DNA of 64,000 nucleotides from Auanema rhodensis (lineage: Eukaryota; Animalia; Nematoda): NCBI GenBank assembly GCA_964057225.1, contig OZ059895.1, forward strand, positions 3,596,001 to 3,660,000. Reading direction: 5' to 3'. The notes beneath the pieces were generated by a model. The model was not told the DNA's origin. It saw only the letters and a list, made by a program, of their open reading frames with translations, and searched no databases. Positions 53,343 through 64,000 of the stretch are shown here, piece after piece. The position numbers were made by a program, and so were the translations under genes. Each line of letters begins with the position of its first letter. Within the stretch, counting starts at the first letter, position 1.

Positions 53343-56300
53343 TCCTAGTTCTGTTGCTTGAATGGATGTTTTCCTACGTAGGCTAGTAAAACATGCCCTT
53401 CAAAGCATCAGAACATGTTATCACATTCCAATTTTTTTGTATCTGTTTTGTAAAGATAGTAATAAACTTTGATTTTTGTACACCCATAAATTATACGCAG
53501 CACAGGTTACCCTTAAATAATGAACTGACCGACTAATCAGACATGGATCTTTCCAAGTTCTGTTGCTTGAACGGATGTTTTCCTACGTAGGCTAGTAAAA
53601 CATGCCCTTCAAAGCATCAGAACATGTGACCACATTCCAATTTTTTTGTATCTATCTTGTAAAGATAGTAATATATCATATGTTGAACACTATGTTGGAA
53701 AGATTTTAATTCAGATTTTTTCAACTTTCACTCAGTTTGTTTTCTAAACTTTGATTAAGAACCTTGTTGTTTGTACACCCATAAAATATACGCAGCACAG
53801 GTTACCCTTAAATAATGAACTGACCGTCTAATCAGACATGGATCTTCCCAAGTTCTGTTGCTTGAATGGATGTTTTCCTACGTAGGCTAGTAAAACATGC
53901 CCTTCAAAGCATCAGAACATGTGATCACATTCCAATTTTTTTGTATCTATCTTGTAAAGATAGTAATAAACTTTGATTTTTGTACACCCATAAATTATAC
54001 GCAGCACAGGTTACCCTTAAATAATGAACTGACCGACTAATCAGACATGGATCTTTCCAAGTTCTGTTGCTTGAACGGATGTTTTCCTACGTAGGCTAGT
54101 AAAACATGCCCTTCAAAGCATCAGAACATGTGACCACATTCAAATTTTTTTGTATCTATCTTGTAAAGATAGTAATATATCATATGTTGAACACTATGTT
54201 GGAAAGATTTTAATTCAGATTTTTTCAAATTTCACTCAGTTTGTTTTCTAAACTTTGATTAAGAACCTTGTTGTTTGTACACCCATAAAATATACGCAGC
54301 ACAGGTTACCCTTAAATAATGAACTGACCGTCTAATCAGACATGGATCTTCCCAAGTTCTGTTGCTTGAATGGATGTTTTCCTACGTAGGCTAGTAAAAC
54401 ATGCCCTTCAAAGCATCAGAACATGTGATCACATTCCAATTTTTTTGTATCTATCTTGTAAAGATAGTAATATATCATATGTTGAACACTATGTTGGAAA
54501 GATTTTAATTCAGATTTTCTAACTTTTATTCAGTTTGTTTTTTAAACTTTGATTAAGAACTTTGATATTTGTACACCCATAAATTATACGCAGCACAGGT
54601 TACCCTTAAATAATGAACTGACCGACTAATCAGACATGGATCTTTCCTAGTTCTGTTGCTTGAATGGATGTTTTCCTACGTAGGCTAGTAAAACATGCCC
54701 TTCAAAGCATCAGAACATGTTATCACATTCCAATTTTTTTTGTATCTATCTTGTAAAGATAGTAATGAACTTTGATTTTTGTACACCCATAAATTATACG
54801 CAGCACAGGTTACCCTTAAATAATGAACTGACCGTCTAATCAGACATGGATCTTCCCAAGTTCTGTTGCTTGAATGGATGTTTTCCTACGTAGGCTAGTA
54901 AAACATGCCCTTCAAAGCATCAGAACATGTGATCACATTCCAATTTTTTTGTATCTATCTTGTAAAGATAGTAATATATCATATGTTGAACACTATGTTG
55001 GAAAGATTTTAATTCAGATTTTCTAACTTTTATTCAGTTTGTTTTTTAAACTTTGATTAAGAACTTTGATATTTGTACACCCATAAATTATACGCAGCAC
55101 AGGTTACCCTTAAATAATGAACTGACCGACTAATCAGACATGGATCTTTCCTAGTTCTGTTGCTTGAATGGATGTTTTCCTACGTAGGCTAGTAAAACAT
55201 GCCCTTCAAAGCATCAGAACATGTTATCACATTCCAATTTTTTTGTATCTGTTTTGTAAAGATAGTAATAAACTTTGATTTTTGTACACCCATAAATTAT
55301 ACGCAGCACAGGTTACCCTTAAATAATGAACTGACCGACTAATCAGACATGGATCTTTCCAAGTTCTGTTGCTTGAACGGATGTTTTCCTACGTAGGCTA
55401 GTAAAACATGCCCTTCAAAGCATCAGAACATGTGACCACATTCCAATTTTTTTGTATCTATCTTGTAAAGATAGTAATATATCATATGTTGAACACTATG
55501 TTGGAAAGATTTTAATTCAGATTTTTTCAACTTTCACTCAGTTTGTTTTCTAAACTTTGATTAAGAACCTTGATATTTGTACACCCATAAATTATACGCA
55601 GCACAGGTTACCCTTAAATAATGAACTGACCGTCTAATCAGACATGGATCTTCCCAAGTTCTGTTGCTTGAATGGATGTTTTCCTACGTAGGCTAGTAAA
55701 ACATGCCCTTCAAAGCATCAGAACATGTGATCACATTCCAATTTTTTTGTATCTATCTTGTAAAGATAGTAATATATCATATGTTGAACACTATGTTGGA
55801 AAGATTTTAATTCAGATTTTCTAACTTTTATTCAGTTTGTTTTTTAAACTTTGATTAAGAACTTTGATATTTGTACACCCATAAATTATACGCAGCACAG
55901 GTTACCCTTAAATAATGAACTGACCGACTAATCAGACATGGATCTTTCCTAGTTCTGTTGCTTGAATGGATGTTTTCCTACGTAGGCTAGTAAAACATGC
56001 CCTTCAAAGCATCAGAACATGTTATCACATTCCAATTTTTTTGTATCTATCTTGTAAAGATAGTAATGAACTTTGATTTTTGTACACCCATAAATTATAC
56101 GCAGCACAGGTTACCCTTAAATAATGAACTGACCGTCTAATCAGACATGGATCTTCCCAAGTTCTGTTGCTTGAATGGATGTTTTCCTACGTAGGCTAGT
56201 AAAACATGCCCTTCAAAGCATCAGAACATGTGATCACATTCCAATTTTTTTGTATCTATCTTGTAAAGATAGTAATATATCATATGTTGAACACTATGTT

Positions 56301-59300
56301 GGAAAGATTTTAATTCAGATTTTCTAACTTTTATTCAGTTTGTTTTTTAAACTTTGATTAAGAACTTTGATATTTGTACACCCATAAATTATACGCAGCA
56401 CAGGTTACCCTTAAATAATGAACTGACCGACTAATCAGACATGGATCTTTCCTAGTTCTGTTGCTTGAATGGATGTTTTCCTACGTAGGCTAGTAAAACA
56501 TGCCCTTCAAAGCATCAGAACATGTTATCACATTCCAATTTTTTTGTATCTGTTTTGTAAAGATAGTAATAAACTTTGATTTTTGTACACCCATAAATTA
56601 TACGCAGCACAGGTTACCCTTAAATAATGAACTGACCGACTAATCAGACATGGATCTTTCCTAGTTCTGTTGCTTGAATGGATGTTTTCCTACGTAGGCT
56701 AGTAAAACATGCCCTTCAAAGCATCAGAACATGTTATCACATTCCAATTTTTTTGTATCTATCTTGTAAAGATAGTAATGAACTTTGATTTTTGTACACC
56801 CATAAATTATACGCAGCACAGGTTACCCTTAAATAATGAACTGACCGTCTAATCAGACATGGATCTTCCCAAGTTCTGTTGCTTGAATGGATGTTTTCCT
56901 ACGTAGGCTAGTAAAACATGCCCTTCAAAGCATCAGAACATGTGATCACATTCCAATTTTTTTGTATCTATCTTGTAAAGATAGTAATATATCATATGTT
57001 GAACACTATGTTGGAAAGATTTTAATTCAGATTTTCTAACTTTTATTCAGTTTGTTTTTTAAACTTTGATTAAGAACTTTGATATTTGTACACCCATAAA
57101 TTATACGCAGCACAGGTTACCCTTAAATAATGAACTGACCGACTAATCAGACATGGATCTTTCCTAGTTCTGTTGCTTGAATGGATGTTTTCCTACGTAG
57201 GCTAGTAAAACATGCCCTTCAAAGCATCAGAACATGTTATCACATTCCAATTTTTTTGTATCTGTTTTGTAAAGATAGTAATAAACTTTGATTTTTGTAC
57301 ACCCATAAATTATACGCAGCACAGGTTACCCTTAAATAATGAACTGACCGACTAATCAGACATGGATCTTTCCAAGTTCTGTTGCTTGAACGGATGTTTT
57401 CCTACGTAGGCTAGTAAAACATGCCCTTCAAAGCATCAGAACATGTGACCACATTCCAATTTTTTTGTATCTATCTTGTAAAGATAGTAATATATCATAT
57501 GTTGAACACTATGTTGGAAAGATTTTAATTCAGATTTTTTCAACTTTCACTCAGTTTGTTTTCTAAACTTTGATTAAGAACCTTGTTGTTTGTACACCCA
57601 TAAAATATACGCAGCACAGGTTACCCTTAAATAATGAACTGACCGTCTAATCAGACATGGATCTTCCCAAGTTCTGTTGCTTGAATGGATGTTTTCCTAC
57701 GTAGGCTAGTAAAACATGCCCTTCAAAGCATCAGAACATGTGATCACATTCCAATTTTTTTGTATCTATCTTGTAAAGATAGTAATAAACTTTGATTTTT
57801 GTACACCCATAAATTATACGCAGCACAGGTTACCCTTAAATAATGAACTGACCGACTAATCAGACATGGATCTTTCCAAGTTCTGTTGCTTGAACGGATG
57901 TTTTCCTACGTAGGCTAGTAAAACATGCCCTTCAAAGCATCAGAACATGTGACCACATTCAAATTTTTTTGTATCTATCTTGTAAAGATAGTAATATATC
58001 ATATGTTGAACACTATGTTGGAAAGATTTTAATTCAGATTTTTTCAAATTTCACTCAGTTTGTTTTCTAAACTTTGATTAAGAACCTTGTTGTTTGTACA
58101 CCCATAAAATATACGCAGCACAGGTTACCCTTAAATAATGAACTGACCGTCTAATCAGACATGGATCTTCCCAAGTTCTGTTGCTTGAATGGATGTTTTC
58201 CTACGTAGGCTAGTAAAACATGCCCTTCAAAGCATCAGAACATGTGATCACATTCCAATTTTTTTGTATCTATCTTGTAAAGATAGTAATATATCATATG
58301 TTGAACACTATGTTGGAAAGATTTTAATTCAGATTTTCTAACTTTTATTCAGTTTGTTTTTTAAACTTTGATTAAGAACTTTGATATTTGTACACCCATA
58401 AATTATACGCAGCACAGGTTACCCTTAAATAATGAACTGACCGACTAATCAGACATGGATCTTTCCTAGTTCTGTTGCTTGAATGGATGTTTTCCTACGT
58501 AGGCTAGTAAAACATGCCCTTCAAAGCATCAGAACATGTTATCACATTCCAATTTTTTTTGTATCTATCTTGTAAAGATAGTAATGAACTTTGATTTTTG
58601 TACACCCATAAATTATACGCAGCACAGGTTACCCTTAAATAATGAACTGACCGTCTAATCAGACATGGATCTTCCCAAGTTCTGTTGCTTGAATGGATGT
58701 TTTCCTACGTAGGCTAGTAAAACATGCCCTTCAAAGCATCAGAACATGTGATCACATTCCAATTTTTTTGTATCTATCTTGTAAAGATAGTAATATATCA
58801 TATGTTGAACACTATGTTGGAAAGATTTTAATTCAGATTTTCTAACTTTTATTCAGTTTGTTTTTTAAACTTTGATTAAGAACTTTGATATTTGTACACC
58901 CATAAATTATACGCAGCACAGGTTACCCTTAAATAATGAACTGACCGACTAATCAGACATGGATCTTTCCTAGTTCTGTTGCTTGAATGGATGTTTTCCT
59001 ACGTAGGCTAGTAAAACATGCCCTTCAAAGCATCAGAACATGTTATCACATTCCAATTTTTTTGTATCTGTTTTGTAAAGATAGTAATAAACTTTGATTT
59101 TTGTACACCCATAAATTATACGCAGCACAGGTTACCCTTAAATAATGAACTGACCGACTAATCAGACATGGATCTTTCCAAGTTCTGTTGCTTGAACGGA
59201 TGTTTTCCTACGTAGGCTAGTAAAACATGCCCTTCAAAGCATCAGAACATGTGACCACATTCCAATTTTTTTGTATCTATCTTGTAAAGATAGTAATATA

Positions 59301-59391
59301 TCATATGTTGAACACTATGTTGGAAAGATTTTAATTCAGATTTTTTCAACTTTCACTCAGTTTGTTTTCTAAACTTTGATTAAGAACCTTG
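52765..59391 (+). repeat. ~2.8-kb duplication (52765-55572 vs 56584-59391, offset 3819)
   Basis: cAaattt at 54142/57961 and the T8 tract (g at 54742/58561) recur at +3819, with matching monomer order. Confidence 0.85.
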
Positions 59392-62300
59392 TTGTTTGTA
59401 CACCCATAAAATATACGCAGCACAGGTTACCCTTAAATAATGAACTGACCGTCTAATCAGACATGGATCTTCCCAAGTTCTGTTGCTTGAATGGATGTTT
59501 TCCTACGTAGGCTAGTGAAACATGCCCTTCAAAGCATCAGAACATGTGATCACATTCCAATTTTTTTGTATCTATCTTGTAAAGATAGTAATATATCATA
59601 TGTTGAACACTATGTTGGAAAGATTTTAATTCAGATTTTCTAACTTTTATTCAGTTTGTTTTTTAAACTTTGATTAAGAACTTTGATATTTGTACACCCA
59701 TAAATTATACGCAGCACAGGTTACCCTTAAATAATGAACTGACCGACTAATCAGACATGGATCTTTCCTAGTTCTGTTGCTTGAATGGATGTTTTCCTAC
59801 GTAGGCTAGTAAAACATGCCCTTCAAAGCATCAGAACATGTTATCACATTCCAATTTTTTTGTATCTATCTTGTAAAGATAGTAATGAACTTTGATTTTT
59901 GTACACCCATAAATTATACGCAGCACAGGTTACCCTTAAATAATGAACTGACCGACTAATCAGACATGGATCTTTCCAAGTTCTGTTGCTTGAACGGATG
60001 TTTTCCTACGTAGGCTAGTAAAACATGCCCTTCAAAGCATCAGAACATGTGACCACATTCCAATTTTTTTGTATCTATCTTGTAAAGATAGTAATATATC
60101 ATATGTTGAACACTATGTTGGAAAGATTTTAATTCAGATTTTTTCAACTTTCACTCAGTTTGTTTTCTAAACTTTGATTAAGAACCTTGTTGTTTGTACA
60201 CCCATAAAATATACGCAGCACAGGTTACCCTTAAATAATGAACTGACCGTCTAATCAGACATGGATCTTCCCAAGTTCTGTTGCTTGAATGGATGTTTTC
60301 CTACGTAGGCTAGTAAAACATGCCCTTCAAAGCATCAGAACATGTGATCACATTCCAATTTTTTTGTATCTATCTTGTAAAGATAGTAATAAACTTTGAT
60401 TTTTGTACACCCATAAATTATACGCAGCACAGGTTACCCTTAAATAATGAACTGACCGACTAATCAGACATGGATCTTCCCAAGTTCTGTTGCTTGAATG
60501 GATGTTTTCCTACGTAGGCTAGTAAAACATGCCCTTCAAAGCATCAGAACATGTGATCACATTCCAATTTTTTTGTATCTATTTTGTAAAGATAGTAAAA
60601 TATCATATGTCGAACACTATGTTGGAAAGATTTTAATTCAGATTTTCTAACTTTTATTCAGTTTGTTTTTTAAACTTTGATTAAGAACTTTGATTTTTGT
60701 ACACCCATAAATTATACGCAGCACAGGTTACCCTTAAATAATGAACTGACCGACTAATCAGACATGGATCTTTCCTAGTTCTGTTGCTTGAATGGATGTT
60801 TTCCTACGTAGGCTAGTAAAACATGCCCTTCAAAACATCAGAACATGTGATCACATTCCAATTTTTTTGTATCTATTTTGTAAAGATAGTAATAAACTTT
60901 GATTTTTGTACACCCATAAATTATACGCAGCACAGGTTACCCTTAAATAATGAACTGACCGACTAATCAGACATGGATCTTTCCTAGTTCTGTTGCTTGA
61001 ATGGATGTTTTCCTACGTAGGCTAGTAAAACATGCCCTTCAAAGCATCAGAACATGTGACCACATTCCAATTTTTTTGTATCTGTTTTGTGAAGATAGTA
61101 AAATATCATATGTTGAACACTATGTTGGAAAGATTTTAATTCAGATTTTCTAACTTTTATTCAGTTTGTTTTTTAAACTTTGATTAAGAACTTTGATTTT
61201 TGTACACCCATAAATTATACGCAGCACAGGTTACCCTTAAATAATGAACTGACCGACTAATCAGACATGGATCTTTTCTAGTTCTGTTGCTTGAATGGAT
61301 GTTTTCCTACGTAGGCTAGTAAAACATGCCCTTCAAAACATCAGAACATGTGATCACATTCCAATTTTTTTGTATCTATTTTGTAAAGATAGTAATAAAC
61401 TTTGATTTTTGTACACCCATAAATTATACGCAGCACAGGTTACCCTTAAATAATGAACTGACCGACTAATCAGACATGGATCTTTCCTAGTTCTGTTGCT
61501 TGAATGGATGTTTTCCTACGTAGGCTAGTAAAACATGCCCTTCAAAGCATCAGAACATGTGATCACATTCCAATTTTTTTGTATCTATCTTGTAAAGATA
61601 GTAATATATCATATGTTGAACACTATGTTGGAAAGATTTTAATTCAGATTTTCGAACTTTTATTCAGTTTGTTTTTCAAACTCTGATTAAGAACTTTGAT
61701 TTTTGTACACCCATAAATTATACGCAGCACAGGTTACCCTTAATTAATGAACTGACCGACTAATCAGACATGGATCTTTCCAAGTTCTGTTGCTTGAACG
61801 GATGTTTTCCTACGAAGGCTAGTAAAACATGCCCTTCAAAGCATCAGAACATGTGATCACATTCCAATATTTTTGTATCTATCTTGTAAAGATAGTAATA
61901 TATCATATGTTGAACACTATGTTGGAAAGATTTTAATTCAGATTTTTTCAACTTTCACTCAGTTTGTTTTCTTAACTTTGATTAAGAACCTTGAGTTTTG
62001 TACACCCATAAATTATACGCAGCACAGGTTACCCTTAAATAATGAACTGACCGACTAATCAGACATGGATCTTTCCTAGTTCTGTTGCTTGAATGGATGT
62101 TTTCCTACGTAGGCTAGTAAAACATGCCCTTCAAAGCATCAGAACATGTGATCACATTCCAATATTTTTGTATCTATCTTGTAAAGATAGTAATATATCA
62201 TATGTTGAACACTATGTTGGAAAGATTTTAATTCAGATTTTTTCAACTTTCACTCAGTTTGTTTTCTAAACTTTGATTAATAACCTTGATTTTTGTACAC

Positions 62301-63407
62301 CCATAAATTATACGCAGCACAGGTTACCCTTAAATAATGATTTGACCGACTAATCAGACATGGATCTTTCCAAGTTCTGTTGCTTGAATGGATGTTTTCC
62401 TACGTAGGCTAGTAAAACATGCCCTTCAAAGCATCAGAACATGTGATCACATTCCAATTTTTTTGTATCTATCTTGTAAAGATAGTAATATATCATATGT
62501 TGAACACTATGTTGGAAAGATTTTAATTCAGATTTTTTCAACTTTCACTCAGTTTGTTTTCTAAACTTTGATTAAGAACCTTGTTGTTTGTACACCCATA
62601 AAATATACGCAGCACAGGTTACCCTTAAATAATGAACTGACCGTCTAATCAGACATGGATCTTCCCAAGTTCTGTTGCTTGAATGGATGTTTTCCTACGT
62701 AGGCTAGTAAAACATGCCCTTCAAAGCATCAGAACATGTGATCACATTCCAATTTTTTTGTATCTATCTTGTAAAGATAGTAATAAACTTTGATTTTTGT
62801 ACACCCATAAATTATACGCAGCACAGGTTACCCTTAAATAATGAACTGACCGACTAATCAGACATGGATCTTTCCAAGTTCTGTTGCTTGAACGGATGTT
62901 TTCCTACGTAGGCTAGTAAAACATGCCCTTCAAAGCATCAGAACATGTGACCACATTTCTATTTTTTTGTATCTATCTTGTAAAGATAGTAATATATCAT
63001 ATGTTGAACACTATGTTGGAAAGATTTTAATTCAGATTTTTTCAACTTTCACTCAGTTTGTTTTCTAAACTTTGATTAAGAACCTTGTTGTTTGTACACC
63101 CATAAAATATACGCAGCACAGGTTACCCTTAAATAATGAACTGACCGTCTAATCAGACATGGATCTTCCCAAGTTCTGTTGCTTGAACGGATGTTTTCCT
63201 ACGTAGGCTAGTAAAACATGCCCTTCAAAGCATCAGAACATGTGATCAGATTCCAATTTTTTTGTATCTATCTTGTAAAGATAGTAATATATCATATGTT
63301 GAACACTATGTTGGAAAGATTTTAATTCAGATTTTTTCAACTTTCACTCAGTTTGTTTTCTAAACTTTGATTAAGAACCTTGTTGTTTGTACACCCATAA
63401 AATATAC

Positions 63408-63713
63408 GCAGCACAGGTTACCCTTAAATAATGAACTGACCGTCTAATCAAACATGGATCTTACCAAGTTCTGTTGCTTGAATGGATGTTTTCCTACGTA
63501 GGCTAGTAAAACATGCCCTTCAAAGCATCAGAACATGTGATCACATTCCAATTTTTTCGTATCTCTCTTGTAAAGATAGTAATATATCATATGTTGAACA
63601 CTATGTTGGAAAGATTTTAATTCAGATTTTAATTCAGATTTTCTAACTTTTATTCAGTTTGTTTTTTAAACTTTGATTAAGAACTTTGATTTTTGTACAC
63701 CCATAAATTATAC
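63408..63713 (+). repeat. 306-bp monomer carrying a 12-bp tandem duplication (agattttaattc x2)
   Basis: 63612-63635 reads agattttaattc agattttaattc, followed by agatttt. Confidence 0.93.
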
Positions 63714-64000
63714 GCAGCACAGGTTACCCTTAAATAATGAACTGACCGACTAATCAGACATGGATCTTTCCTAGTTCTGTTGCTTGAATGAATGTTTTCC
63801 TACGTAGGCTAGTAAAACATGCCCTTCAAAGCATCAGAACATGTGATCACATTCCAATTTTTTTGTATCTATCTTGTAAAGATAGTAATATATCATATGT
63901 TGAACACTATGTTGGAAAGATTTTAATTCAGATTTTTTCAACTTTCACTCAGTTTGTTTTCTAAACTTTGATTAAGAACCTTGAGTTTTGTACACCCATA

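Larger units (their letters stand above)
1..64000. repeat. Tandem satellite DNA array (209/236/294/295-bp monomers, head-to-tail, single orientation); runs off both window edges
   Basis: The motif gcagcacaggttacccttaaataatgaactgaccg recurs at 1, 295, 504, 713, 1007, 1216, 1425, 1719, 1928, 2137, 2432, 2641 and so on up to 63714, with no intervening unique sequence. Confidence 0.99.

Noticed and set aside
61504-62058. 60-aa and 61-aa ORFs from the supplied track
   Set aside because: They are the same satellite frame extended by variant bases that remove stop codons. The second has no ATG start.
1-64000. CRISPR array
   Set aside because: The units are 209-295 bp with no unique spacers and no cas genes.

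Overview
The whole 64 kb window is one uninterrupted, head-to-tail satellite DNA array with every monomer in the same orientation. It holds roughly 250 monomers (an estimate), is about 31% GC by hand count of one monomer, and contains no unique sequence, credible gene, transposon insertion or inversion. It looks like a eukaryotic (peri)centromeric or heterochromatic satellite; I do not recognise the family or the organism. All monomers share a ~177-bp core (gcagcacagg...gatagtaat). They come in discrete length classes: 294 bp (tail A), 295 bp (tails B/C), 209 bp (85-bp deletion), a rare 236 bp (58-bp deletion), and occasional 291, 210 and 306 bp copies. Diagnostic SNPs show nested higher-order repeats and segmental duplications with periods or offsets of 504, 712, 1216, 1596, 2640, 2686, 3819, 6425, 9402 and 13850 bp. 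The most notable feature is that the core of every monomer carries a 67-nt imperfect inverted repeat (about 26 pairs, 7-nt loop, pre-miRNA/foldback-sized), a 10-bp and a 12-bp perfect palindrome and a second 7-bp stem. All large deletions spare this structured core. Any function (small-RNA source, cruciform/centromeric dyad, foldback-element relic) is inference. All coordinates and counts were read by hand.
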